Positions 26,183 to 39,010 of a DNA stretch of 64,000 nt are shown piece after piece. The notes beneath the pieces were generated by a model. That model was not told the origin of the DNA. It searched no databases and saw only the letters and a program-made list of their open reading frames with translations. The stretch lies in contig NC_068984.1 in NCBI RefSeq assembly GCF_001194135.2, positions 75,952,620-76,016,619 on the forward strand, written 5' to 3'. This stretch comes from Octopus bimaculoides (lineage: Eukaryota). Numbering within the stretch: position 1 is the first letter of the stretch; each line of letters opens with the position of its first letter. Made by a program: the position numbers and the translations under genes.

Positions 26183-27198
26183 AGCTGTCTGAGACAATAC
26201 TTAAATTTAATTCCTGGCCTACATATATAGAACATGTTGAATTGAAATGCTTAGTGACAAAATTCATTTTAGCTGAATGTAAATTTATTTCCCATGATCA
26301 GGTAGCCTGACATTAACTTCACTATTTCCTTCTGTAAGAGACAAAGTCATCAGATGGAAACTGAGAAATCCCATATAATTTTCCTTTAACACAGGTAATT
26401 GCTTTTCTTCTATCAGAGCTCAGCAGCTGTTTCTCTTTGAGCTAAACATTTGTTAAAAGGCTAACAGAGAGCAAACTCAAATTTTTACTGAAGCAATAGG
26501 AGATAACACATTCTATAAAAAAATGCTTGGTTTTAAGTCTAAGTGAAATATAATTACTTGTGAAGACTGTGATAAAATGTTTTACATCGGCTGCAACAAA
26601 CAACCTTCAAGCTCTCTCACCCCACCACTCCACCTCTTCATAGCATAGTACAGGTTCTAGCTAACATCAGCTGAGATACTGAAAGGGGTAGGGGAGGGTA
26701 AGTTTTATGTCTATAATTATCTGTACTCAGCGCCCCCTTGACACACTAAAAAGTCAGGCCTTCTGTTATGGACATAGGTGGTGGTGGAGCATCTAGAAAC
26801 TGTTAGGTTGGAAAATAAACATGAATTGATTAAAAGAGAAGAATCTCTGTCTCTCTCTATCACACACATACACACACACACACACACACTCTCTCTCTCA
26901 ATATAATTTACTGAAAGTGTTAGTATTGGTAATATTGGAGGCACAGACAACTGAAATATTTATTTTTAAAAGTGGCATATGACCACAAGACCATTTTTCA
27001 AAGGTAGGGTAGCTATAAGTATAGTGTATTATATTGACCTTAGTACTCACAGGTACTTTATTTTATCAAAAGTCTAGAAGGATGAAAAGCAAATATGAGT
27101 GAGATTTGAGGTAAAAAATTAAACGATACCACTAAATACCAAAAGGCATTTTGTCTTATGCTCTACCCATTCTATGAAACAGTTATCTAAATTTCAAG

Positions 27199-27425
27199 AA
27201 TAATAATCCTTTCTACAATAGGCACAAGGGCTGACATTTTGGGACAGGGGTTAGTCAATTACATCACCCCACTCCCTGTTCAATTGTTACTTATTTTATT
27301 AACCCCAAAAAGATGAAAGGCAAAGTTGATCTCAGTGGAATTTGAACTCAGAATGTAAAACCAGAAGAAATGTTTCAAATCATTTTGTTTGGCATGTTAA
27401 TGATCCTGCTTAAACTCACTGCCTT
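27199..27425 (-). mobile_element. tRNA-derived SINE family C; partial copies near 12750, 12950, 26990, 36300, 45205, 52790 and 52960
   Basis: Minus head aaggcagtgag...ctgagttcaaattcc (B box), central ctttgcctttcatc...gttaataaaataagta resembling conserved metazoan SINE central domains (Meta/Nin class, unverified), and an (ATT)n tail. Confidence 0.7.
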
Positions 27426-27539
27426 AAATTCAGGAATAATGATGAAATAAGATTCCATATCAATTTTAATTCTAAACCTCTCAGCTGGCATAGAACCACT
27501 TCCCTCAGTATCACTCCATCCTTGAGTTATTTGACAACT

Positions 27540-27752
27540 CCACTAGTGTTAGGACCATGTAAAAAGCACCTGTACTGGTGCCACATAAAAAACACCCAGT
27601 ACACTCTGTAAAATGGTTGGCATTAGGAAAAGCATTCAGCTGTAGAAACCATGCCAGAGCAGACAATGGAGCCTGGTGCAGTTCTCTGGCTTGCTAGCTC
27701 CTGTCAAACCATCCAACCCACACCAGCATAGAAGACAGACATTAAATGATGA
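27540..27752 (+). mobile_element. Family B fragment
   Basis: aaatggttggcattaggaaaagcattcagctgtagaaacc...cagcatagaagacagacattaaatgatgat. Confidence 0.7.
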
Positions 27753-28514
27753 TTTTTCATGTTTGAGACACAATATTTCTATGTTAGTAATAGGTAAGAT
27801 ACTTGGGTGTTTTAAATGCTACTTTGTAACCATTTGAGATATATACCAGCCTACACACACACACCATATAAACTTTTTAGACCACTTTTTAAGGTCAAAT
27901 TTATGGGGTTGACTATTACATAGATACTGCTTTTGAGGGGCTGAAATTTAAGCCAGAATCCAAAGTACTGTGTCAGCAGTAGAAGCCCAAGTGATGTCTA
28001 AGCGAATAAAAACAAAAACAATGAATTACAGTAATATTACCAATTCTATGCATCAAAACACGTCTGAGGAAATAACAAAACCCATAAACAAGACCCTGCA
28101 ACTCTTATGAATACTTACACGTTCTCTTTTACTTGTATCCATCAAACTTAACAGACTAGCTGGGTGAAATCAATTTAATCTCATAATTATGTTATATTAC
28201 CATCGGTAATGTATCTACCTGGTACCAGCATGCCACTACCTACCATAATACAGTACATACAGCTGATAATCGTTTAACGGCCACCTTTCCATGCTTGCAT
28301 GGGTCAGGCGAAATTTGTTGAGACAAATTTTCTATGGCTAGATGCCCTTTCTGTCACCAACCCTCATTTGTTTCCGAGTAAGGTAATATTTTGCCATGAC
28401 TAAAGATGTCTCAGAAAATAGGAAACGAGGGACACTATTTGCATGACAGTGAAATTCACAACTATCATGAGAAATCAAAGCAAGGAAACTGTATGCACAC
28501 AAACGTACATACAA

Positions 28515-28685
28515 AGAAATGTGTGTTTGTGTGACAGGCTTCTTTCAGTTTCTGTCTATCAGATCCACTCACAAGGCTTTGGTTGGCCTGGGTTGTAGTA
28601 GAAGACACTTTCCCAAGGTATCTCACAGTGGGACTGAATCCACAACCATGTGGTTGGGAAGCAGACATTTTACTACACAGCAACT
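28515..28685 (-). mobile_element. CORE-like SINE family A fragment
   Basis: Reverse complement of the head and core (gtagaagacactttcccaaggt...catgtggttgggaagc). Confidence 0.75.
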
Positions 28686-29017
28686 TTGTGTGTGTATATA
28701 TTTATATATACATGCACACATATGCATGAGTGTTTGTGCACACATGTATGTGTATTCTAGGATTTGTATTATTGGTTTCTTACAACAACATATCTTAAAT
28801 GTATATAGAGAGAAGAAATGAGGATCAGATCTAGTACGTGATGGTGACGATGATGATGATGCCTTTAAGCTACAAAAGTGAACTGATTCAGTTGTGCAGT
28901 CAGCAAGTTTGCTATCAAAACCAAATCATAGACTAGAGTCACTGAGAACTTATTTCTAAGTCTCAGCCTAACAACACTGGGAAATAATGAATAAATAAAT
29001 AAATAAATGAAACTTAC

Positions 29018-29142
29018 AGTGCCATGGAATGTTATGGAATTAGTGCTGCCTTCTAAATCAATCTGCGTGATTCGTGTAAGCGTGATCAGCTCTTGTTGTA
29101 AACGTTCCATTATTCCACTGTCAAAAAAATCTCCGGTTCTTA
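29018..29142 (-). CDS. AEBP2: AEBP2/jing orthologue, internal coding exon (125 nt), SUZ12-binding helix region
   Basis: Minus strand: ccattcatttcag|TA AGA ACC GGA GAT TTT TTT GAC...TTC CAT GGC ACT|gtaagt. Encodes [41 protein letters not shown], which aligns by eye to human AEBP2 [42 protein letters not shown] (recalled sequence). Ends in phase 0, matching the next exon. Confidence 0.93.
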
Positions 29143-29919
29143 CTGAAATGAATGGAGTAGAAAAGAGGATAGGAAATAGAAAAGTGGAAAAACAAGAATA
29201 AAAGTAATGAAAGATAACATTTTAATTAAGAAACTCTAATGATCATATTTGGTGGATTACTGCAATTGAGATTTCTCACTAGTTATGTCTTCATATTCTG
29301 GCGAGGAAAAGAAAAAAAGCAAAAATAAAGAAATATGATTAAATAAATTTTTTTTTTAAATGCAAGTCAAATTTTTCAAAGAAAGAAGGCAATGTTGCAA
29401 TAAATAAATAAATGAGTATAAAAAAAAAAAAAGAAGCAGGGTGAATTAGAAGACATTGGTGCAGGAATATAGGGGATCTACTTTGAACAAATCTTAGAGA
29501 TCCATAATAATCAAGTTGTTGTTATTTAGCCTTAAGTCAACTCTGAATGAATAAACCAATAGCCAAAGGTATTTCAGTCATAAACACCCACCATTTGTTT
29601 TTCTCCCACAGTATGTCTATGACTACATTTTAGGGGTGGCTAACCACAGGCAGTAGACCAGAACTGAGCTGTGGATCATTTGCCAACAGGCTATACAAAA
29701 AGAATAGATTTTAAAATTTCATCTCTAGCTTATTGATTATTGCAGCCTGCGGAGTGTTTTTGCATAATGTCTGTAATAATTAAATTATATATTATGCACT
29801 TTGTGTTTTGATACTTATATGTTCCTCAGTCTATGGAAAGATTGTGTTGCATGAAACTGATCCACAAAGCAAAAAAAGGTTGGGGACTGGTGCATTATAT
29901 GACAACTTTTTGTTTCTCA

Positions 29920-30075
29920 ATGGCTGTGTGGTTAAGAAGCTTGCTTTGCAAACACAAAGTTTCGAGTTCAGTCCCAAGGCAGCACCTAGGGCAAATGTCA
30001 CTTTCTATAGCTCTTGTCTGACCATTGCCTTGTGAATGAATTTGGTGGATGGAAACTGTGTGAAAGCCTGTCATA
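29920..30075 (+). mobile_element. CORE-like SINE family A 5' half; its 3' half resumes at about 30770-30975
   Basis: atggctgtgtggttaagaagcttgc...; interrupted at its (TA)n tract by a family B element. Confidence 0.7.
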
Positions 30076-30097
30076 TATATATATATATATATATATA

Positions 30098-30480
30098 TCA
30101 TCATCATCATCATCGTCATTTAATGTCTGCTTTCCATGCTGGCATGGGTTGGATGGTTTGACAGGGGACTGGCAAGCCAGGAGGCTGCACCAGGCTCCAA
30201 TCTGATCTAGCAAGGTTTCTACAGCTGGATGTTCTTCCTAACGCCAACCACTCCAAGAGTGTAGTGGGTGCTTTTTATGTGCCAGTCAGCACGGGAGCCA
30301 GTCAGGCAGCATTGGCGTTGGTCATGTTCGAATGGTGCTTTTCACATGCTACCAGCACAGGAGCCAGTCGGGGCAGGGGCTGGCATCGACCATATTCGGA
30401 TGGTACTTTTTATGTGCCATGGGCACAGGGAGCCAGTCAGGCGGCACAAGCAATGACCTATGCATGAATGGTAGTATTCT
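30098..30480 (-). mobile_element. Family B element with three ~68-bp subrepeats, nested in the SINE A microsatellite
   Basis: (CAT)n tail abuts the (TA)n of the SINE; repeats of ggtgcttttxatgtgcca...gggagccagtc. Confidence 0.8.
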
Positions 30481-30708
30481 TTAACAAGTATAATATGGTC
30501 AGCTAGGCCATCATTGGACTGACAATCCAATGATAGCTTAGCTGGTTTAGACCAGTTAGGCCACTATTGGAGTCAATGTCAGCACTATCCTAGTTAAAGA
30601 ATAATAAATTTGTATTCTACCAAAAATACTGAATAATCCTTCAGTTTAATGTAAAATTGTTTTTTATTATAAAATAAAAACAAATATTAATTATATATAT
30701 ATATAAAC

Positions 30709-30762
<54 letters not shown>

Positions 30763-32924
30763 ACACGTGCACACATGCATATGTCTGTGTTTGTTCTTCC
30801 AGTGCTGATTTGTTTACTTCACTGTAACTTAGCAGTTCAGCAAAGAAGATTTGGCAGAATAAGCACATACTTATAAATTAAGTATTAGGGTCAATTTGTT
30901 TGGCTAAACTTTTCAAGGTGGTGCTCCAGCATGGCTGTACTCCAGTGAGAGAAACAAGCAAAAGATGGTAAAAGATAGTAGGATGACAGAATTGAGAGAC
31001 CTTGCTGGTTTTTCTAACAAGTTGAACAACCCCATAGATTTTCTCTTATTAACAAAAGTAGCAATTTTTAACACGGACACAGTGTCACATATTTCAGGAA
31101 AAGCAAGAGGGTAAGGGGCTCAAATAAATCTCTACCAATGCTCGACAACTACTTATTTCAATGATTTCTGAAGTCAACCTTTGCTAGATTTCAACTCAGA
31201 ACAGAGAAAATTAATTAGATACAGCCAAGGACTCTGTGGTACAATCTTCTGATTCTGACACAGAACACATAAGTTCTTGAAAATTGAAAATTCAATTACT
31301 TTGTTGAATGACTGATTCTAAGAATCATTGTTAACAAAATGAGAATATGAAAGAAATGTCAGCTCGATTCCATTGATGAGTTGATTATTATTTAGTTCGC
31401 TAATTGGAATAATTACCTCCAATTCTAAATAATAGGTACTCAACATTTCTATATGCCAAATAGCAAGGTAAAGCTAGTGCAAAACTAATCGACAACTAAC
31501 ATCCAACAACTACACACACACACACACACACACAGAGAAAGAGAGGAATGCATGCATGAAAACTACTGAATGATTGTATGTCCTTACAAATGAGTGAGAG
31601 TGTATCAATGCAAATGTATTCATAACATCCAATGAAAATGTGTGTATGAACATGTGTACAACTGTATCTGTTATGTAGTATATAGACACACATGTATAAA
31701 TGTCAATCTATGCATACACATACGCACACTCAGATGTATATGTGTTGGTTTTATACCATTGCTATGTTACACCAGTCTAAGGATCAAGGCTGTTTATGCA
31801 GGTCTCTTCATGTCTTGGGACTTAATGGTTCAACAAGCAGAGATCAATAAAAACAGGTAGCAAACTGAAACATGTGCTGGGGCCAATATGATTAAAACCC
31901 TTGAAAGCTGTACTCCAGTGAAGTTAAAAAGCCAATAACTCCAGTGAAAGAATACTTATAGACATATGTAACACAAAAACCATGCAAATGTATAAATTCT
32001 TAGAAATAGCAGTCAAAATAACTCAAGGACACGCACCATAGAGAGACAGAATGGACTAAACAGAACAGGAGGAAATGTGGATGGAAGAGTTGCTGAAGAG
32101 GTCACAGATGTGTGATGAAAAATTTCTAGACAATGGACAACATAAGACAAAATAAGAACAATAAATGAGTTAAGAATGAATATATAGTGCATGTGTTCAT
32201 TTGACAAAAAAATATGTTTCAACACATAAATTCTCATCAGGAATCTTGCAAAACAAATTCATAATTGTAAAATCATTTGATATTTTCTTAGATCCCATAT
32301 TATTACCATTATCACAATGTATCCTTCTCTTCTTCACACAAACTCTTGTCTTTACTCTTCCCCCACTCCCTTTCCTGTCTCTTCTATTCTGACTCCAACA
32401 CTATTCCCTCTATTATTCTCTCAATTACCATCTACTCATGATAATTCTGGGATGCTCTCTTTTGCTTTACAATCTACAAAGCAATCTCAATAGTGCTGGT
32501 ACTACAAAAAGCACCCAGTGCAATTAAGTGTTTAGTAACTGATCTGAACAGTGACAATACAGGGCTTGAGAGGCTTTTCTTTTAAACTTGCTACTGGTAT
32601 CACAAAATGCACTCAGTGTACACTGTAAAGAGGTTGGGATTAGGAAGGGCATCCAACTAGAGAAACCCTGCCAAAAATGAGACACTGGTGAAAGAGGTGA
32701 TCATCCGACTTGCTGAATATTGAACTATCCTACTTATTGCCAACATGGAAAGGAGATTATGATGATGAGGAGAAGGAGGATATACTATGAACAGATGACT
32801 TAAGAGAATTTGGTAATGGTTGGAGACTCTGATCTTAGATCTACTTGGGATGTACTGGCTTGGACTAAACAATATCAATAAAACAAGGGCTATATTTGAT
32901 GATGTAGTCTTATACACACCATGC

Positions 32925-32969
<45 letters not shown>

Positions 32970-33814
32970 GTGTCCATAGCTGGAACAAGAATGCTTTCGA
33001 TCATAAGTTGGGTTTGTGATATATGATCAGGTCCAACCTAGAGCCAAACAGCAACACCTTTAATTATTTATATAAAACTATAATAAAAAAAGAGGAAAAA
33101 GTTAAACTAAGAAATGTTATTAGAGTCAGGTAAATTATACCTTTTTACTGTGAACAGAATAGACAAATAACAAGCTTGCAGCTGGATTAATAGAACGGAG
33201 TTAAAATTAACATTTAAAAGGCTATTTTTGTGGTAGCTATTTATTTTACAAATACCAACAAATACTAATGCATTTCTCTCAACATGGAATATGTTGAAAA
33301 AGAAAAAAAAACAACAAAAAACCTACAGCAAAAACAAAAACAAAATGTAATTGTTTCATCTACTAAGAGCATATAAATCTACAAATGAAAAATCGAAGAA
33401 AAAAAATAAACATGTACCATCTCATGAGTTTAAATCATTAACTTGTTATATTGAAAAAAAAAGAAAAAGAATATATATTGTTAGAGATCATCAGCTGCAT
33501 TTTAATTAATTTCATGAAAGTCATTTCTTGGGTTGTAAATAATAACAGTAGCAACAACAGCTTCAACAGCAGCAGCATTACTGAAAGCAAGAAATGAAAC
33601 ACTGATTTGTGCACCTATTGTGAATTCAGGGTAGAAAATAAATTAATTAAAAATAAATAAATATGTAAAAATTGTTATTTTTTTGTATTATGTAATGTAG
33701 CCATTTTAAATTTTTCAGTGTAATCAAATACAGATTTGCAATATGATTTACAGATGCCACAGGATTTCAACAAGTTAATTCAGAAGAGGGGAGGAAGAAG
33801 ACCAGAGATTCGTT

Positions 33815-35064
33815 CAGTCAAACAGATATACTTTAATAGCAAAACACTAAACAGTGCTGCTTCTCTCCTCACACAGTTACACATAAAACATAAACAGATC
33901 CACACACATACATATATACAAACCCATACATAGACACACACCCAGTAATGCCCATATACACATATATAAATCTCATACATATGCATGCACATGCCATCTG
34001 ATCATCACGAGAGAAATTCAGATAATTAGATGCAAGGTGCCTGCTGTCATAAGCATAACTCCCATCTCTTGGTATTGAATATGGTTTAAACTTTTCACCT
34101 GTACCTATGTACACTACACACATACACATTTTACACTCACATACCACACGTGCAACTATTTTTGATATGTTCCTCATTTATAATTATTTCTAAAAATAGA
34201 AATATATGCAAAATCACGATGACAAAATATGCAAATTGAGTCTGAAAGATTACCAGAGACCCGAACACACATTTTTATAGCTTGTAAGTACATATGTAAC
34301 TTCAACAAGTGTTTAAGTGGTATTTGCCTTTTAATGATATAATGTGAGTTGAAGAATCTTTGGCTGTTATTTGTAGCAAGTGACTATGTCTATCCAAAAA
34401 TTAAATCATTTTTTGCTTTTTAAATTTCAGAATATGAACATGCTATTCTAAATGCTACAGTTGATTATTTCATTTGGTCATTATACAGAAAACAAAATAC
34501 AATGTAATTAAACTCAGTTCCAAAAATATAGAGGAAAAATCGGAATTTTGGAATGAACATTTTAACAAATTATACTTCATTGGCATCTAGATACAATTTG
34601 ATGTCTGTCTAGCTGTCTGCATTTATATACATGGAGTATAGAGCAGGCATGGACCACAGCCACAGCATTGTGAATGAAACTGGGTAAACAGAAACTATAT
34701 GAAAACTCAATGAATTTGTGGTATGTGAGTGTAAAATGTGTATGTGTGTAGTGTACACAGGTACAGGTGAAAAGTTCAAACCATATTCAATACCAAGAGA
34801 TGGGAGTTATGCTTATGACAGCAGGCACCTTGCATCTAATTATTTGAATTTCACTCCTGATCATCAGACTGCATGTGCATGCATATGTATATACATGTAT
34901 GTGATGCATATATATTCATATGTGTATATGGGCATGACTGGATGTGTGTCCATGTATGAATATGTATATATGTATGTGAGTTTGTTTATGTCTTATGTGT
35001 AACTGTGTGAGGAGAGAAGCAATACTGTTTAGTGTTTTGCTATTAGAGTATATCTGTCTGGCTG
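33815..35064. repeat. Large inverted duplication: arms 33815-34148 and 34717-35064, spacer 568 bp
   Basis: The two arms are reverse complements, including a 66-bp perfect run (aaaccatattc...ctaattat). This explains the twin ORFs 33869-34177(-) and 34718-35002(+). Confidence 0.95.
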
Positions 35065-35109
35065 TAATTCAAAGGGCCAGTTCAATCACATGCAGTTACA
35101 GATGCTTAA

Positions 35110-35329
35110 CCCTTTAGCATTCAAACCAGCCATACTAGGCACAAAATTCTACCTGTTTTGTGTTGAAACTGACCAGATCAGGCCTTTCTCGCCTACCCTA
35201 CAATGTCATTAAAATAAAGAAACAAATGCATCATCAGAATCTCAAAGCCACAAAATAATGTACGATTAATTGAAAACAATGGGAATAAATAAGCATTGTA
35301 TTAGACGGAGTAATCTGAATGCTAAAGGG
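35110..35329. mobile_element. piggyBac-like MITE family 1 (220 bp)
   Basis: TTAA (35106-09)+ccctttagcattca ... tgaatgctaaaggg+TTAA (35330-33): perfect 14-bp TIR. Confidence 0.85.
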
Positions 35330-37404
35330 TTAATTCAATGAAAATGCAGCTCAGTCGATTGAACAACTAATATTAATCAACAATAACAGATGATAGATTC
35401 ACTTTCCATTCAGATAAACAATTACCTTATCCATGATCACCTGCATACAAAGTATTCCAGTGATAAGTATACACAGGTAAATAGTGCTGCTTTAAGATGG
35501 TGAATGAAATTCAAATGAAATCACAGGCAATATTCAGGAACATGATTTCTGTGGTGCTTTTGAGACATGAAAGACATACTGAGACTGCAGTGTACCTTCT
35601 CAAGGGGAACTATTTCAAAAGGAATGGTACTCAAATATAAATAACATCTGAAATACATTATTTACTAGTGTATTTTTTTTTTTTTTTTTAAATCTGGTCC
35701 AGGAATTTTCTTATACACCTAGCAAATAGTGTACATTTGAAACCAAATGAAATAGCTACATATAAAGGTTCATTGAATGTAAGCAGCACAATCAATTCAC
35801 AAGGACAGCAGAGAGTATATATACAAAGATATGCTCTGTTACAATTAATCTAATTTACCATACTTGTACTCATCACTCAGAAGTAAGTTTGTTATTACAT
35901 CACAATGGCAACTATCCATCAGATAGTTAAGATAAACACACTTCTTAATTAGAGGTGCACTAAATTAATTAGGTAATTATTATTATATGGTTAATTCTAA
36001 AAGTAAACACCCATTCCTAGACAAATTATGATTTAAATAACTTTCTCTTCAAATACAAGTAAATCAGAAATCTTTCTCTGCAGGGAACATATTTGCCCTT
36101 TCATTATTATTATTATTATTATTAATATGATAAAGGCACCAGCATACATTTTGGAAGAAAGTAGAGCTGATTTTACAGACCTCTGTATTTGACTCTCATT
36201 CACCTCAGTGGCACAAAAGGAAAAGCTGATTCTAACAGGGTCTGATTTCAACATATATGGGAACATAACTGGATATTGTTGGTATTAAGTCCAGTGCCCT
36301 ACTTATTCTGCCAATCTGATCAATTAGGATTTACTTCAGCAAAAGGCCACAAAGTGCAGAGTTAATTGAATCAACCTCAGTATATGACAAGCAATTATTT
36401 TATTGATTCTTGTGAATGTAATGGTAAAGACGACCCAAGTAAGATCTGAATCTCAGAAAATTAAAGGATATAACCAAATAGCACAAGTTCTGTTTCTATT
36501 GATTAAAGAAAAGGTTTAGCTGATTTAAGCAAGTATATTAGTTTAATGATCCTCAATGTATAAAATGTGAATTTCACAATGCTGAGATTTGAACTCAGAA
36601 CCAAGAGGGAAGAAACTTAATGCTGTAAGTTATTCAGTTCAGCACAACAAATAATAATGATGATGATAGATGATTATCAGTTTTGAGTCGGGGACAAAAA
36701 AACAAAGACTTGAAATTTTTAGTCTAACATTAACTGAAAATTGAAACTGTTGTAGACTGCATGGAGCATACCATTTATTTTATTTTTGTACCAGACACTA
36801 TGAAAATATATTCCCATTTGCTACAGAGCCAAAAAGAAAAGAAAACAAAAAACAATACAATACAAACGAGTACACTGTGTGTCAAATATACTGTCTGCAT
36901 ATTTATTATTTTAAATGACTTTTTGACGAGCAGTGTCATAAGAATCCAAGAATGGAAATAAAAAGCAGTACTGTTCATGTTTTTCCACCAAAAAATAAAA
37001 GTGGGGAGAGGCAGAGTGAACCTAGAAATTTATCTAGCAGATAATACCAATAACAATAACTGCCCTCATTGGCCCGACATAGATTTATTGGGGAGAGGTA
37101 AACAACAACAATAGAATGCATACAGACATTATATGAGTTTTTTGTATATTTTGTGATACAAAAAACTTAAAAAGTGATCAGTGAACTCTTACCAGAAGAG
37201 TTGCTGTCGCATACAAAGTAAACAGAATTGCTTATTTGAACCATAGGTTTTATTCAATTACACTTTTACTCAACTGTACAAACTGGAAAAACCCACTTGT
37301 GTGTATAATTGATCAACAGGCAGATTGAATAAAATGTTGTTATTCAGTCAGTTTAAATACTAAAGGGTTAAAAAAAAAGTTAGCCAAAATAAAGGACTGA
37401 AAGT

Positions 37405-38094
37405 CATCTGAATATTGGAAAAAAGTTACCTGCATCATGATAATTTGTGCCAGGTATCAAAATGCCAACATCAGAACTGCTGCTCAATGCTCTGTGAACA
37501 TTGTAAAGGCATAACATGGACAGTTACAATAGAGACTACAAAGCTGTGGCCAGCAAGAAGGAACGCATCAGGGGTTCTGACTGCATCAGCATGCCAGGGC
37601 CTTAGGCTCAATTCAGACAGCTATGTGAAGCTGCTGGAGACTGGTCAAACCCTGGCTGGAAAGGGTTGATGCTGGAAGGTCATGTGTGGCAGTAGGATTC
37701 ATTTTCTTGCCTGGCTTCCAGAAAGAGTCAAGAGTGATTGTTAGAGAATTTCTATGATATCAGCAGCTCCAATTTCTGGTCTTCTTATCCTCCAATTGTA
37801 ATCTCATGGATTACTAAGTGCGGAGCACGGTTTAAAATGATACCAACCTCTCTACCTGCAACACCAAGGCTGAGCTGGTGGCCACAGTCAAAGAGGCGTT
37901 TGAAGATCTTTACAGGGACACAGAAAAGAACACTTGTGCCAGGTTCTGGGGCATCTTGAGGCTGAGGTGGAAGCAAAGAGTGGCTACTTTGAGTAAAATG
38001 TTACCTCCCAGCCTTATCAAGTTGATATTTTTTGATGGGATATTGTGTTTGCTTTTACTTTCATGCAAACTGTCAAATTTAGCTGAACATTGTG
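37405..38094 (+). mobile_element. Tc1/mariner-superfamily relic, DD37D (maT-like) spacing
   Basis: Decayed frame LNSDSYVKLLET...HVWQ*DSFSCLASRKSQE*LLENFYDISSSNFWSSY/xNCNLMDY, with about 37 residues between the Asp residues after repairing one frameshift, then ...VKEAFEDLYRDTEKNTCARF. Right end ctgtcaaatttagctgaacattgtg+TA. Confidence 0.75.
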
Positions 38095-38619
38095 TATAAT
38101 TTTGTTTATCTTACATATTTTTTTTTTTAAATTAGGAGTTGATTGACTAAAAAAAAACCTATATTGCTAATACTAAAATATATATCATTGACTAACAGAG
38201 AAATCAAATGAAGTCAAAGAAAACTCTCAGAAACATAGAGTCAATGTAAAGAACAAACCAATATTGATAAGAGAAACATGATAGTAGTTTTGCCATATGC
38301 AAGACAGCTCAAGAAAATAACTCATTTTCATAAAAGAATGAAAAGAAAAGTAACATCCACCCTTCCATGTCTGAAGAAATATTCCAAAGTGTTGCCAGAA
38401 CTCAAGCAGTGCTGTCTAGTAAATAATAGAGTAATTTTCAGTTACTTTCTCCAAGTACGCATGAAGCTTAACTTTTAACATTTCAAGGAATGGGAATTGT
38501 GGTGTTTATTTCAGCAGGATGTGTGAGGAGAGAATGGAACAGTTAAAGAGAAAGAAAAGAAGTGCTTGTGTACCGCTGAGGAAAGTTTTCCATCCTGTAG
38601 GTGCATATGTTTATGTTAA

Positions 38620-39010
38620 CCCTTTAAGATGCAGATTACTCGGTCAAATTAAAACCCAATTAGAAATAAATATGTAATAGGCAAGAAAAAATAATTTTAC
38701 AATAACTGGTATTTTATAAAAAAAAAATTCTAGACCTCCTTTTTTGCCTCCTTCATCAAAATAACTTTTTCATTGCTTACCAAATTAACAGTAAATGAAT
38801 TACTAAGTAAATATAGCAAAAATACATATTTGTTGGTATGGTTTAGCATTCAGATTATCCTGTCAAATGTAATGCTTATTATTTACATTGTTTTAAATTA
38901 ATCATGCATTATCACATAGCTTTGGGATTTTGATGTGATTCTTTATTTTTAGAATGACATTGCAGGGTAAGCATGAGAGGTTGGATCTGGCTGGTTTAAA
39001 TATTAATGGG
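38620..39010. mobile_element. piggyBac-like MITE family 1, interrupted or compound copy
   Basis: TTAA+cccttt at 38616-25, unrelated AT-rich sequence, a second left-end-like start at about 38841, and a right end atggg+TTAA (39011-14). Confidence 0.65.

Noticed and set aside
33430-33580. Strong minus-strand acceptor (tttcatttcttgctttcag) followed by an open Leu-rich frame
   Set aside because: Low-complexity (CTG/TTG) sequence, no donor and no AEBP2 similarity.
33869-35002. Twin ORFs containing GTGEKFKPY, resembling a C2H2 linker
   Set aside because: No Cys/His finger spacing; the similarity between the two ORFs is explained by the DNA inverted repeat, and much of each is (TG/TA)n translation.
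37193-37282. Minus-strand AG...GTAAGA 90-nt pseudo-exon
   Set aside because: Short pyrimidine tract, early stop and no other support; such matches are expected by chance in a 35-kb intron.
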